Of a stretch of 64,000 nt of DNA, positions 1-18,526 are shown piece after piece (position 1 is the stretch's first letter; every line of letters begins with the position of its first letter). A model generated the notes under the pieces. That model worked only from the letters and a program-made list of their open reading frames with translations, ran no database searches and was not told the DNA's origin. Made by a program: the position numbers and the translations under genes. The stretch is from the NCBI RefSeq assembly GCF_009914755.1, contig NC_060925.1. One strand, 5' to 3'. This stretch comes from the human T2T-CHM13v2.0 reference genome, Homo sapiens.

Positions 1-896
1 TTGAAGCAGGTCCTCATGGCCTATAATATGGAATCCAACTTTCTCATCCTGATGTTCTAAGGACTTTCATGATCTTGGCCTAGTCCTCTTTCAAGATCAC
101 CTCCACAGGATCTCAAATGCTCCTCCTTCAGTCTCCTTTCTTGACTTTTCAAATTCAACCTGCACTCATTTATTCCTCATTACATGCCTGGCATTGCACA
201 CAATGTTTTGCTAGAGCACCCAGCTTAATCTTCCTCCTCCTCCTTTCTGCCAGTCCATACCATCTTCCCAAGAGAAGTGCTCACTGAGCACTTCCATGAG
301 CAAGGCTGGGGCCCATTGGTGAGGGTATCCCCTCATACCCTTCAAGCAGGTCTTCACATCCCATTTCACAGATGAGGACACAGGCCATAGGAGGCACTGA
401 AACATTTCCTTAGTAAGCCACAGACCCAGGATTCAGACCAAGCCCAGTCTGACCCCAGGTCGGCCAAGCAGAAGCCAAGCCCTGAGGCCACATGAGCCCA
501 TGTCTGACCCTGTCCCCTGCTCTCCCTGCCTCCCCTCCTAAAACAGTCCTCATCCTGCTTTGAATCCCTCCCTGGCTGCCTCCCACACAGCAAATGGGAG
601 TGTAGCATTTCCAGACAGGGGGCTTCCTGCCTCTCCTGTGCTCTGCAGGAGTCCATGTACAGGTGCAGGCACTTCACATGCACTAAAAAGTTTCTGTGTC
701 TTGCTGGACTGGACTTGGAGGGCACTTGTCCAGGGGCAAGGGCCAGAAGACTCATGAGGAGGCGGAGAGGTAGCTGTAAACTCTAAAGTGGTCTTCCTAA
801 CCAAGGCGGCAGAAATGGAAGGATGGCAGACCGTATCTGGGTGGCATGGCCCAGAGAATGTGGGAGATGGCAGCCTTGGCCCTTCTGGAGGCTCCC

Positions 897-933
897 TTGG
901 GGGATACAGGCTCCTTTGGGGGATACAGGCTCC
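897..933. repeat. 19-bp tandem duplication (TTGGGGGATACAGGCTCC x2)
   Basis: Two adjacent copies read directly. Confidence 0.9.
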
Positions 934-3685
934 CTGAGGAGCCCACGTGTATCCAGTGCCCACAGGCAGCTAGGGGCTCATGGAAAAGAAACAGGAAAGG
1001 ACCAATCAGCCTAGACCATCAGCCACCAACCCATCTTCCCAGGCAGCAGCTAATGAGTCCTCATGCCACATTCAGAGATGAGACTCTGATAACTACATGT
1101 GCTTTTTTTCCCTCTGAGGGAAACTCACATATAACAAAATGCAAAAACTGTGCATGAACATGGTAATAATCAAGTAAACATCATAATCTTGAGTGTACAT
1201 GTGCTGAGTTTTGACAAATGCCTGTACCTTTGTAACCCAAACACCTGTCAAAACCACAGAACGTTGCTATCACTCTGGAAATTCCTCACACTTTTCCCAG
1301 GCAATTCCTGTCCCACATGTGCTTTTAAGATATGAGTGTGATATTTGGAAATGAAAACTCTTTGAGCCTTGTCCAAAACTCTCAGCAGCTGAGACAAAAG
1401 ACCCCAAGGACAAGCATTAAAAAAAACCCATCAAACTGAGTTTCAAGTGTTTCACTTGTCATCTTGTCTATTTCTCCCCATTCCTCTCCACACTCCAAGT
1501 AGAACAAAACTCACTATTTAGTGCAGTAGTTGCAACTAACTAGACCTACTTATTGGAAAGACCTACTTACTGTCCAGTGATGGAGAGAAGAGCAGAATGA
1601 GGACAAAAAAGCGTGGTAGGAAGAAAAATGGAATGGGAGAAAGATGAGGCTGAAGAGAAAAATGGAGGGGGATATAGAAAAGTCCATTCTAACTTATCTT
1701 ATGCTACACAGATTGATTTTATTTAAGCCATGCTTACAACAAAGGAAAAATTATTTTTTATCATATGTAATTTATTACTTTTGAAAGCATATTGCTCCAT
1801 TTCCATTTAAATTAAATAAACAATTATGAATCATAGCAGTGGATGTGACTTTTCAGTACCCTTCAAAACCATTTGCCTGTACAATAGCAGTTAATTCTCT
1901 ATTGTCTGTGAGCTCTTTGTAGATTATCCTACAAAATAAAATATAACTACAGGGCCCTGGCTCCTAGGAATTCCAGTCTCCAAATACCAGTGGGAAGCTC
2001 TGTTTCTCCGTAGCTCTTCCCATCATGAGGGGACAACACATGAAATGTCAGCTACTGGGAAAACTGCCAGTCCCCTTGGACGAAGAAAATTGAGAAGAGG
2101 TGGATTTTTTTCCTGGGAATGAGGCAGTAGAATGGCAAAGTGATTTACAAAGAAAATGTATCTTTGGAAGAAGAAAGAACAGAGAAGATTCTAGGGAACA
2201 TTTAAGAGCTCAAAATATTGGATAGAGAAAACTGGAGAGAACAGAGAAGAAGGGATGAAAGGAAAAAAATGTGATTTAGTCGAGAAACCCAGGATATTTC
2301 ACTCCACCAGGGGAGTGAAGCCTTACATATCTGCTGGAAGGAGTCTCAGAGGTCCCTGTCCTACCCTTTACCCTGCAGGGTCTGCTTCTAGCTGTCCTGG
2401 GTCTTTTTTTTTTTTTTTTTTTTTTTCCAGGTGCATGCTTCAGTTCTTTCAGGTGATGAGCATCCTGGGACCTGTTTAATTCTTTCTGAAGCAGCTGGAT
2501 GAAGTTCATTTGTTTCACAGACCCAGATGGGCATGTGCATAACACAGTTCTGACCCAATCAGACATCTAGCACCCAGTGGGCCTTCTTTCTGCACAGGCC
2601 CATGCTGTCGCAGATGGTCTAGCCAACCATGCCTTCCTGCATTTTTCACTTCTCATTGCAAACTTAACTCAGGCATCCCCTTCTGCAAGGCCTTACATGG
2701 CTAGCTTTAGCTCCTTTCCTTTGTACTTTCTTAGCATCTCTCCTTTCCTCTGCACTTTCTTAGGTTTCACTAAAATGACTGTGCCCATGTCCATCTCTCC
2801 TTCTAGATTTTGTGCTTTTGAAGGCAGGGGCCTTGTCTTATTGACCTTTGTACTGCGGGGACCTAACACAGGGCGGGGCACATTGCAGGTGCTCAATGTT
2901 TCTTCACAACATTTGCATCTCCACCCGCCCACAACCATTCTCTCCCTTGAACCATTTCTCTACCATCTAGAGCCATCCATGAGAGCACCTGTAATGCTGT
3001 CATGCACCTCTCTGTCTATGTGTCTACCTCTCTTTAGTGGACTTTGACTGACCCATCTTAATCTTTCCCAATCGTGGCAAAACCCAGCACAGTGCCTGGC
3101 ATGTTGTAAATGCTCAATAAATATTTGCCGAATAAAAGTGTAAAAAATGCTGCTGCCTACCTATTCTTTCCTGTACCCAGTGGAGAAAGGGGGTAGGGCA
3201 GGCAGTCCCAGTATGCAAGCAGTTTCCCTAGAAACCTCTTTCTTTGTTCCCCAGAAGGCACATCCACAAATCTTTCTCTGTGAAGAGTATTTGGTAGTGA
3301 CCACTTAGGGATGCCAGAAGCCAGGATATAAGGGTTTGAGCCTGCAGTGAGAAATCTGGTAGAAGATGAGTGAGGTAGCCAATGAAAGGAGGAACTTCAA
3401 AAATAATCGCATCATAGAACTAGGGGTTAGAAAGGCCAGGTTTTAGACCTGGGGGAGGAAAGCACAATTTTCTTACATCCCAATTATATACTGGGACCTT
3501 GGCCAATGCAAGTCCCCTTCCCATTCCTGGTGTGGATACTGAACAGGCATACAGGTTTTCGAGTAACAGACACTTGGACGAGAACACAGCCTTGAGGAGG
3601 TTTCAGACCTTCTCTGGGCTTTAGCATCTTCACCTAGGTTTGTGGGAAGGCTTAAGTGGGATGGACAATATGCAGCTCCAGTTTA

Positions 3686-3895
<210 letters not shown>

Positions 3896-4332
3896 TTAAG
3901 TTTGGCTCCTCCAGGCCCTTGCATTCCTCCCCATTCCTCTGGATTTTGCTACCTGCTGACATTCTGCTCCCAAGGCCCCCAGATGTCCCCAGTTATGAAA
4001 CTCACTAAATGACAAATTAGCACTCCTCAGAGGGCTAGGTCTCTACTGGCTGAGGGAGGGGAAACTCCAATCTGCTTCCTGTAAGATGAGCAGTGGCAGA
4101 GCCATGTGCCCGCAGGAGGGTGAGGGATGAGTTGGGTCTCCTCATAGCCATCTTCAGGATAACTCTGACCTGTATTATTCTCTGGGCAGTCCTGCAGTGT
4201 GGACAGTTTATCTGAAGCATGTGACTCCTCTTTATCTCTTGGCCACCTAGAGTTCTGGGCCTAAAAGATTCAGATAATTGCCCTGGCCACTGGGCACACC
4301 TATACACCACACTCAGTCAGAAGTCCATTACT

Positions 4333-4885
4333 AGAATGGCAAAATGGTGTTGCCACTTTGGAAAACAGGAAGTTCCTCCAAAAGTTAAACATAGAGTTCC
4401 CACATGACCCAGCAATTCCACTCCTAGGTATATACTCAAGAGAAGTGACAATGTGTGTTCACACCAAGACTTGTGCATGAGCATTATTCATAACAGCACA
4501 AAAGTGGAAACAAGCCATTGACTGATGAATGGACACACAAAATATGCTCTGTCCTTACAATGAAGTGCTGAACCATACTGTGACTGGGGGAACTTTGAAA
4601 ACATCACGTTAAGTGAAAGAAGCCAAACACAGAAGGCTTCCATTTATATGAAATGCCTGGAATAGGCAAATCCAGAGAGATAGAAAGTAGATTACTGGTT
4701 ACTAGAGGCTAGGTGTGGGCTGGGGAGGGGAGTGCAAATGGGTACCTGGTTTATTTTGGGGTGGTCAAAATGTTCTGGGATTAGATAGTAGTGATGGTTG
4801 CAGGACCTTTCGAATCTCCTGAAAACCACTGATGTGTCCACTTGAAAATGGTGAATTTCATGGAATATAAGTGATATCTCAATAA
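4333..4885 (+). mobile_element. L1MB-like 3' fragment
   Basis: GACCCAGCAATTCCACTCCTAGGTATATA...GGCAAATCCAGAGAGATAGAAAGTAGATTA...GATAGTAGTGATGGTTGCA. Confidence 0.8.
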
Positions 4886-4930
4886 TAATAATGATAATAA
4901 CAATGTTCATGATGATGAGCTCTAGTACTA

Positions 4931-5152
<222 letters not shown>

Positions 5153-5778
5153 TCAATTTGTTGAGAATCTACTCTGGGCCTAACACTGTGCTAGTCCCTT
5201 TCAATAAAAGTAAGATGCAGAACCGACTCCAAGGAGCTCGTTGTCCAGTGGGGAAGACAGATGTGGAAAAAAATGATTAGAAGACAGTGGATATTTTGCA
5301 AGGCAGAGAATGGGGAAAAGAAGTTCCAGGAAGTGGAAAGACAGTCTCACTGACTGTCTCCTCATCTCTGGAATGTTCCTTGGGTTTCCCCACTTTCCTG
5401 CCTTGATTTCATCAGACGTCCTGCAGCAATGAGCCCGTAACCCACTCCTGCCCAGATCTGTCTGCTGGACTCCCAGTTTGCTGCCTCTCTGTTGGCCTTG
5501 CAGGCTCCTGACCCTCTTCCCTGCCTTGACGCCAATGCTGGGGCCTCCCTCTGCCTGGCTCTTACCCCTGGGTACCAGTTATGCCCCCAGTTCAGCTTCT
5601 ACAGCTCATGCTGTGCGTGGTTCCCTAGGTGTGTGCCTGGGGGTTCTCTGTGCTTCAGCTGTGCTGGGTGCTTTGCTCTTTCTTCTCATTAGCACTGCCT
5701 CCCCTTCTAACCCTCACAATCTTAAGAAAATCTTTAGCCATTTGAGGAACAACTTCTATGAATCCTTCCCACACTTCA

Positions 5779-6471
<693 letters not shown>

Positions 6472-6641
6472 TCACACAGCCCACAGCGCCGGGGACTGGG
6501 GTTGACTGGGACACCCCACCTCAGCCATGCGGTGGGAAGCGGCTGCTGTGTGTCGTGGGGCATCACTGGGGCTGACTGCCTCCCCTACAGAGAAAGGACT
6601 ACGTGCCGCCCCCCGCACCCTCAACGCCCGGGTCCTGGTTA

Positions 6642-6881
<240 letters not shown>

Positions 6882-7995
6882 TCACCCCTCAGAAACTGGC
6901 CCAGGGACGGACATACAACGGGTCTGGAACAAAGACCGTCTGGATGAAACCCTGGGAGGCTCTGGATGCTCTCCCGTAGGGAAGGGCTCGAGGGCTAACT
7001 AGGAGGATGCCTGTTATACCGAATTATAGTTGGACACACAGCGCTACAGCACAGCTCCTGGAAAGCACGGGAGGTAGAGCCGTGGACCTCCCACAGACCT
7101 TAGGCCCAGTTTTGTTCTTTGCCTTCCCAACGACGCCCCTCACTCATCAGGGTCCCACGTTCCCTAGCAAGGAGAATGGGCCTTCCTCCTCTACCTTCAG
7201 GGCCTTTGCCCTGCCTCTGTCCTGTTTTCCCCATGTGCCTTAAGATCCTGCCTGGGGCCCTGCCCTCCATGACCCCCAGTCTCCCCTCCCTCCTGCCGCC
7301 CAGAATGGCTGATGGGCCCGGGATGGCCTCCCCTGTGATAGGATCACTCCTGCAAAGAGAAACACAGCTCATCCTGGGCAGAGTCGAATGAACAGGACCA
7401 TGCTTAGAACCTGGGCCCTACAAAAGTGGATGTTCTCCTGGGCAAGCAGAGGTTGGGACCTGGGGGTGAAAACCAGGATGCTCCAAACTACCTTTCTGGG
7501 CCAATAAGGAAGGGAACTAACACCAACTGGCTGGTTGGTACCAGCTACTTCCCGAAGCCTCTTTGCATCCTATCAGTGAGGCATTGCGATTGCCCGCTCC
7601 TTACAGGTGAGCAAACAGGCTCTGAGGCCTGGCGTAGCTGGAGCCTAGCTCGAAGGTGGGGAGGTGGGATTCAAATCGATGTCCACGGCACTTCAAAGCC
7701 TGTGTTTTCCCCGCACCTTTACTGTGCCTGGCAGACAAAACCAAGCTCCAGGGGAGTCCAGGTAAGATGCCTGGGCTGGTCTCTTCAGTGCCATCTGGAC
7801 CATGCCAGACAATGGGTGGAGTGGGGAAGGGGAAAAAACTGGCTGCCTTTGTCTGATTTCCTTCCTCATTAAACACAGAACTTGTCTAAGAAATGTCTGC
7901 TGAGTAAGTGAATGCATAAAATTAACTGGATTTCAGGGAATTGCCCTACAAACTAGTAACTGCCCCCAAACACCCTGAGAAAGGGACTCAGACTA

Positions 7996-8319
<324 letters not shown>

Positions 8320-9981
8320 TCACGTATTTTTACTGCACTTTACAATTTAAAGTTTATAGAAAGCTTTTTCATTCACGGTCTTAACTTGACCTGTGGTCAC
8401 TGTGAGGTTGGCATGACAGAGTTCAGTACCCTCATTTAATAAAGAAGGAAAGAGAGGTCCAGAAAGATTAAATGACCTGTGCCGGAAAGGAGAAGGCTGC
8501 TAGGGATGTGTGGAGCGACAGGGATGGAGACAGCAGCTGTTACCAAGCCGGCTGACTGGTGGTTTACTTGGAAAACTGACATCAATCTGAGTTTTTAAAA
8601 ATAGCATTGGCCTCTAGGAAGGAGGATGATGTGATCATCTAGGAGCAACTGGTCTTTCCCAGACACTCTCCCACCATCCTGTGAAATGATTACCAGAGCG
8701 ATGGTGTAATGTATTGTTCATACTAGAACATTTTTGAGAGTCAAAGAAAGTGCTATCAATAGTTATGGTGGGACTGTCCCAGGCAAACCAGGATGTACTA
8801 TTGCCGGCCAATAACACACAAACTGGGGGGAACCTGCATGGGCACAGGAAACCAGGGTAGACTGACAGCCTTTGTAGCAGAAGACAAAGGTATATCTTCT
8901 GCTTGGTGCAGTACAGATGGGCCAGGGGAGAGACAGCACCAACTGGACCTGCAGCCAATTAGTGTAGTTGCCATTCTGGGGAAGCGCAGGGAGAACATGG
9001 GTGGAGGCAGCAGCATGGCCACTCTGCCTGCTGCCCCCCTGCAGCCTCAGGGACCCCTGAGAAGCGCTGCTGACCCCAGACCCCATTCTCAGGACGAAGC
9101 AGGGATTACAGAGAACCAGGCTCTATCTCCACTACAGTGAGGGCTAGAGTTGGGACCCACAACGGAACTACTGGGAGGTCCACCTGTACTTCCAGGAAGC
9201 TCATGTGATGCCACCAATATGGGAGCAGAGAGCTTTTGCAAGGCAGGCTTAGATGTGTATGTGACCCAGAAGGCTGAGCCTGGCTAGGAGTCATTGTCCC
9301 AGCTAACAGTTATTGCCCCCAGCTAACATGTAGCTGCCAAAGCAGAAAGAAACTCATGAAGGCAAAGCATCCCTTTGATATCACTGCCATCTCCAACTCC
9401 TCCTCCAGATGGATGTGAGCAGAGTGAAACTCAACTTTTCTATTTGGCCTGACAGATGTGGATAACGACCCTAGTGAGCTCTCACAGAACCCATGTCAAC
9501 TGCAGCCCTGAAGGCACACGGGCCTCCATCTTCAAGGGAGAGCAAATAGTAAAATCACTGGACATAAGAAAAAATGTTAAAGTTTTGAGGAAGGAGATCA
9601 CTCTAAGAAGTCAAAGCAAATACTTTATGTGAACCACAACAAAGAACAGGCAAAACTCTCAGCAGATGTTCAGTCATGGTTGTCATGAGATTAAATCTAG
9701 CATTGCATCTGTGAAGTCAGAGGAAGAAGGATCTGAGATCAATAAAGGCTGCAAAGAGATGAGAAATGCTAGTGCAAGCAGCTGGATTCCACAAAAACTG
9801 AACAGTGAAGTCGAGATGAAATTTGGGAAATTCTCTCAGAATCCACAGAAAAAGGATAAAGAGATTAAAATAACGAGAGAAATGACAAGTGACGTGAAAG
9901 ATGAAAAAAAAATCCATATGCATGTATCAGGAATTTCAGAAAGAGAAGACAGAGAAATTGAAGGAGAAAAAAAATCATTTA

Positions 9982-10449
<468 letters not shown>

Positions 10450-11292
10450 TTACTTACAAGGACAAAGAATCACGTTGGACCCCAATTTGTCTGTAACAGT
10501 AAATGTTGGAATAGAGTGGAATAATTACTGCAGTTTTGAAAGATAAAGTTTGACCCGTAATTTGATTTACAATCAAGTTGTCATTTATATCCCATGTCAA
10601 AAGGAAAGCATTCTCATATATGCATGGTACAGAAAGTACTGCAGTTATAAGCCCTACTGAAAAAAAAAAAACAAAACCCAAAACTAAAGTAGGGAATTCA
10701 GACACCAGCAGGGATAAATACAACCAGAAAAGTATAATAACTATTGTCAATGAGCTAACAAAACAAAATGCAAATGCAAATTCAAAAATTTGCTCTTGGG
10801 GAAGAAGTCCACAATTTAAAAAATAACTACTATAACATTAATATAAAAGTCCAAATATATCAAGAAAAACTTGAAAATTAGAGATGGGTCAGGTATGTAT
10901 GGAAAAGCGAGGAAGCAAAATCAAAACAACACAAACAAAAGCGCAGAAAGAACAACACAAGATGACAGATATCAGACCAAATAATTCACTTGTAAAATAA
11001 ATGAGTCAACTTCCTCTTAAAAGAGAAAGACTTGGAGAAAATGAGAGAAGATATGTCAGGAAAACAGATGCAAAAATTGCTAGATATACAAGAAGACAAC
11101 AAAATATCATAACTGTAATGGGAAATACTTTCATGCAACATTCACAATCATTGATACATCAAATAGAAAAACAAAATGAAGACTGTTGAGTAGCGGTCCT
11201 TAAGCTTTTTCTCCCCCAACGCAACTCAGGGACAGGGACATAGTGCACTCCCATCAGTACCAATGGCTTGTTATCAGTGTTTCTCCAAATGA

Positions 11293-11593
<301 letters not shown>

Positions 11594-11658
11594 ATATCTA
11601 CAGGTCTTATACATCTTTCTCTCTTTCTCTCTCACTCTCTCATCTTCCTCCCCCATCT

Positions 11659-11708
11659 TCTTCCTTCCTTCCTTCCTTCCTTCCTTGCTTCCTTCCTTCC
11701 TTACTTCC
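11659..11708. repeat. (TTCC)n simple repeat
   Basis: Imperfect TTCC tandem run. Confidence 0.85.
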
Positions 11709-14700
11709 TGTTTCTATTGGTCCTATACACCTATATCTACATCCATATTTACATCTATAGGTCTTAAATGTAGACCTCTCTATAGCTCTTTACTTGAAAA
11801 TCCTTACTATAACTCTAAATCTATAGCTATACATTATCTATCTATCTGTTTTGAAAAGGCATCCTACTCCAGGAGTTCCTGATTTACACTCTTGGTTGGG
11901 TGTGTATGTGTGAGGTGGTGGTTACAAAAAATTCATTTGGTTGAGAATCACTGATACAATAGATCTGAATAACAAAATTGAGTAAGATTGATTTAATGGC
12001 AATTACAAAACTCATTTACTCCTAACACTAACTTTAGGAGGTAGGACTCTTTTTCTTTGCATTTTACAGAGGAGAAAACTGAAGCTCAGAGAGGTCAAGT
12101 ATTGTGCCTTAAGTCACCTAGAAAACAAATAGGAGAGCTAAGAAAAGAGTGTGATTGTAGAGCCTGAGCTCATTCGTCTTGCTTCTCTACCTTACAGAGA
12201 ACACACATCCTTCTTAAATATTTAGAAAACTAAAAAAAAGGTCCTTGGCTACTGAAGGGACTTCAATTAATCCCCAAAGAAGAAATGGTACAGGCCACAT
12301 TCTTTCACTACATGGAAATAAAAATATAAATTAACACAAAAGTTTAATGCAATAAGAACAAAATCCATATTCTTAGGGGAAAAGAAAAGACATTCTTAGC
12401 CAACACTTGGGCAAAAAGAGTAAACAACACCATGATGAGCTATTTAAAAAGTAATGATGATGAACATAGTACATATCAAAATTTATGGCATGAAGCCAAA
12501 ACTATGCTTGGAGGTGAATACATCGCTGTAAACATGTTCTTTATTACACAGAGAAAATAATGAACAGAGCTCTCAATTCAAGATGTTAGAACAAGAACAA
12601 AATAATCAGAAGAAAAATATGAGGAAGGAAATGATGAAATAAAGGCAGAGATTAATAAAAAAAAGCAACAACAAACTGCAGAATAATTGATAAATTGCAG
12701 CAATAAAAATTAAAAAAAACCCACAAAAACACAAAACACCTGGTACAACCGAGTAAAAAGGGGATGATGAATGCACGATGCAGGATAACAAAGGCAGGAA
12801 TATCACCACTAATACAAAGCAGGGTAAACATCACCATAGTACATTATATACATTGTGGTACTAAATGTAAATGAAATTATGAAATGGATTTTTTACTAAA
12901 AGCTAAAATATCAACATTGATATTAGAGTAATATACCTGAATAGACCAATAACCATGGAAGAAAATAAAAGAAAAGCCACTGAAAAGGAGGAGATAAAAT
13001 AATGAGACAAATTTATTTGCAGATGATATTACTTCTTGCCTAGAGGAGCCAGGAGAATTAGTTGGCAGTGTAAGCAGTATTATGAAGAGTCTGATGACTT
13101 TACAAAGCAAATATGCCAAAAACAACAGTCTTTGAATATACTAGTAAAGACCAGCTAGAAAACATAATGGGGGAAAAAAGACCCATTTACAACAGCAACA
13201 AAAATCTCCATGAAATATCTGGGAATAAAGTTAACAAACAATGAATACTGCCTAAATAAAAATTATAGCACCCTCCCAAGGGCTACAGAAGATAAACAAA
13301 TGGAGAGACATATTGTATTCCTGGATGGGAAGAAGAGTTAATATAAACGTGAGTTCACCCTAATTTAACGTGTAAGTTTTATTAAATCCCAGTCAAGATT
13401 CTGATGCAATGTTTTAAACTTAACAAAATATTTCTAAATATAATTTGGAGGCAAAAGTAAGCAACAACAGCCAATAAAAATTCAAAACAAAGAATGGCTC
13501 TGGGGACTTATAGTACCATGTATTTAAAATTATTATATAGTAAACACTATTATAGTGTTATAATAATTAAAACTAAAAAAGGAATAAATAGACACTTGGA
13601 AGAAATGGATAAAAAGTCTAAGAACAGACCCTTCATAAAAATTTAGTATATGTAAATTTGGCATTTTGAAAATTCTGCTAGGACAACTGATTAACTATAT
13701 TTGAAAGAATATGGTTAGATTCCCTATATCAAATAATAAATCAAAATAAATTCCAAAGGTATTAAAGCAGTGTGATGAAACTAAGAAGTGAAAGAAAACA
13801 CAGAGGAATATTTATTTGACCAGCATAAAAGCAAAGGAGAAAACTATATAAGAAAACATTGATAGATTTGATAGCATGGGAAATTTACATATTCTGACAT
13901 TAAAGCACCCTGAAGAAAATTATATAGCAAAAGACAAGCTGGAGAGGAGGGCTTTTTATAGCATATTATATATATTTATGTAGCTCATAAAATATGGAGC
14001 TCTACTCAATAAATAAGAAAATAAGTGCTTGTAGAAAAATCGACACAAATTCACAATAAATTCACAAATAAAAAATGCACAGGCCAATAAACACATTATA
14101 AAAATTTAACCTAACTAGTAATAAAACAAGGCAAATTAGAAAATGAGATACCATTTTCACTTTTCAAACTGATGACGCTTTTGTTTTTTTAATTACCTGG
14201 TTTTTGTGAGAATAAAACATGCCCTCTTTCTTGTTGGTGATCAAACTGACAAGACCTTTCTAGAGGGATATTTGATAATCTGCATAAAAAGCCTTAAAGA
14301 TCTCACATATCCTTTAACTTGACAATTCCACTTCTAGATATTCTAAAGTAACAGAAATGTATATAAAGATGTATGTACAATACATTGCATTACTATTCAT
14401 AAGCACAAAACATTACAATCTAAATGTTCAATAATAGGGAATTCGTTACATAAATTTTAACTAACTGTATGAGAGACTACTATGTAGCACTTAAAAATCC
14501 TAGCCTAGAAGAAAAAAAATGACAGAGAAAAGCTCGTAGCGAATATTTCAATAAAATATGTATATTGGTTTGTTGAATAAAATATGTAAACGTCGAAGTA
14601 GATACAAAGACTGGAAGGAAATCCACTACATCTTGTCAGTGGCTCTTTCGGGGTAGTCTTTATTTTGATTCTGTATGCAATTATTTTGTTTTGTCACTAA

Positions 14701-14730
14701 GTTTTCTATAATGAAAATGCAACACATTTA

Positions 14731-15186
<456 letters not shown>

Positions 15187-16771
15187 CTAGGGGTCTAGGG
15201 GCCCAAGCCAGGAGGAGGGCAGCCCTGGGGAAGTTGTTGGTTCCTGGGCTGTGGCTTGCTGCACTGGTTAGTGCAGTGGCACAGTCTGGCAGTGGCCAGA
15301 CACCCGGCACAGGGAGGCGGGGAGCTGGGAAGGCCGGGCTGGCCTTCACAAGGGTCAAGACAACATGGAGGGCTGCACCCAAAGGTCAGGCGGGTAGAGG
15401 CGAAATGGAGCCAACTTTGTTCCTTTCCCAGATAGCAGCTGCAGCAGCTATCTGGAGGCCATCAGAGGGCTTTGGGTACCATCCCTCATTCTCCATGCGA
15501 TGTCAGGACCCCACATTCATGCGTCCCAACGTCAGTTAGTCAGTGTCATTGAGTTGAAAACTGTATACAGAGATCTGTAGTCAGTGCTGTGAGCTCCTTA
15601 TCACTGGAGGGATCCAGGCACAAACTGCATGCCCACCTACCAAGGATTCTGCTCTGGGTAGCAGATCAGATTGGACAGCCTTTCAGGACTTTTCTAACTG
15701 CGATCCTGCAGGTCTGAGGCCCCTGCCACCTCAGTATATTGGGGAGTGTGTGTACATGTACATAGGTGTCCTGGTTCTGGGGCAGGAGTGGGTGTACTGA
15801 TGGCTGGAGCTATGGGTAGAGATGAGACTGGGAATTTATAGAGGACAGAGAACATGTCTCTCTCATCTCTGCAACTCCAGGACCCAGTAAAGTGCGTGGC
15901 CCCCAATGGGTGCTTACTAAATGTTTGGCGAACGCCTCAAGCATCAGGCCTTGCTCTGTGCTTGCCCATCCTGTCTTGGGGAATAAGGAGCTGGCTCTCT
16001 GCAGGCTGCTCCCTCCGTCCTGCTCCTCCCCTGGGTGGTCGGGACATGTTGATGTCCTTTGCCACATCCAACATCAATTGTGTTTAGATATGGTTGTTAG
16101 TCCTCCTACAAAGAGGAGATCCAGGAAGAAAGAAGCCAGCCTGGTCACCTGGTTGCCCTTCATCTTCCTGAATGCCTCCAAGGCTGGCAGGACTCTTGAA
16201 TGTCCCCACTGCCAACCAGGTAATGAGCCTGGGTTGGTTTTTCTGCCCACATCTCTTGGAATCTGGAAGTTTCTCTGTCTTCCCAGGGCACTGGTCTGCT
16301 TTTCACTTTTTTCTTGCTTGTCCTACCTATAGCTTCTGGACCAGGCTTTGGTTCTCAGATGGGACACCAGAATGATGTGGCTCCTGGTCTCCCTCACCTG
16401 CACTTTCAAGCCCAGCTCCATCCCATTCCTCTCCTCCCTCCTGCTCCTTGGCCACTCACCCTGGGTTCCTAACAGGTCTAGATCTGCGGCACCTCCCTTA
16501 GGACTTGGGCCATACTGGGTAGTCCCCTGGGGCACCTTGCCTTCCCTCTGTCTTGGCCAGTTTCTCACCAACTCTGTCCCCTTGGTTCTGGCGGGGCTCA
16601 CTTGTGCCCTTCTGCCCTCTTGTGTCCGGAATGTATTCTGCAGCCCGTTTGAGAAACGTCAGCACTCGGCCGTCCTTTTGGGGAGACTGTTCTGCGATTC
16701 CCACAATGGGGCTGTATATAATTGGGAGGCGTCTGAGGAATTGCTCATTTTGGAATGAGGGTGAGGAGTCA

Positions 16772-17044
<273 letters not shown>

Positions 17045-17923
17045 CTAGCTTGGAGAAGGCAAGTCCTGCGGACCCTGCCCTGCCCAAGAACGTGCACCCC
17101 TGGCCTGGCATGTAGCCTGAAACTTGCCCTGAAGCTACCGAGGGCCCTCTTGGGCAGGTGTCAGTTCTTGCCCTCTACCTATTAACCCTGGCATTGGTCC
17201 CTGAAGTCACAGCCTTAGGGAGCACATTAGGAACCTCTTCTGCTTACACGTGGAGCCTAGAAATGATCTGCTGCCCTGGCTGACATCTAACCTGGACAGT
17301 GAGTGTCAGTGTGAATAGGGAGCTGAAGCTTCCCCGGACTAACCCCATGGGGAGTGGCCAGCCCATGTGACCCAGCCACCTTCTGTTCCTCTCCAAGGTG
17401 CCCAATTTCCACAAGGGGCGGGTCTGAGCCTGCCTCTCTTACCATGACAAAGGGGGTATGCTTGGCTTTTCAATGGGTGGTCACCAAGCTCTTAAAGCCC
17501 TGATACTCATTCCTATCTCTCTTGTCAGGACCCCCATGGCTCACCCAGACCCACCTGGAATCAGCACACCCTGCGGGCCTTACTTCAACATATCTGATCT
17601 CTCAGTGATTTTCCCTAGGCCTAGGAACTAGTCCAGGAGCCACCTTTAAATGACTTCTCCCTGGTGTGAGCTCCCTGATGTGGCATGTCTGGGGGCCTCT
17701 GTTGAGGGCATGAGCATCTATGTGAATGGGGGTAGGGACACCATGGGTTCTGAGATGATACCTTGAAAGGAACTGCACACCTAGTGAATTATAAGCCACT
17801 TCTATACACATCCACGGCAAACCCAGGTTTGCCAGGCTTGGAGGAGCCGGGCTTGAGGACCTTGCCCCCCTCCCTTCCCCAGCCCACAGCACCCTCTGCC
17901 CCTGGCATGCCCTCAGTTCCTCA

Positions 17924-18526
<603 letters not shown>

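Noticed and set aside
890-935. Short direct repeats as a CRISPR-like array (also 1541-1570 and 32102-32140)
   Set aside because: Only two adjacent copies with no spacer series, in a eukaryotic context; ordinary slippage duplications.
2404-2460. Plus-strand poly-T...CCAG acceptor suggesting an antisense spliced transcript
   Set aside because: A T-run followed by AG is common, and I found no partner exon or promoter.
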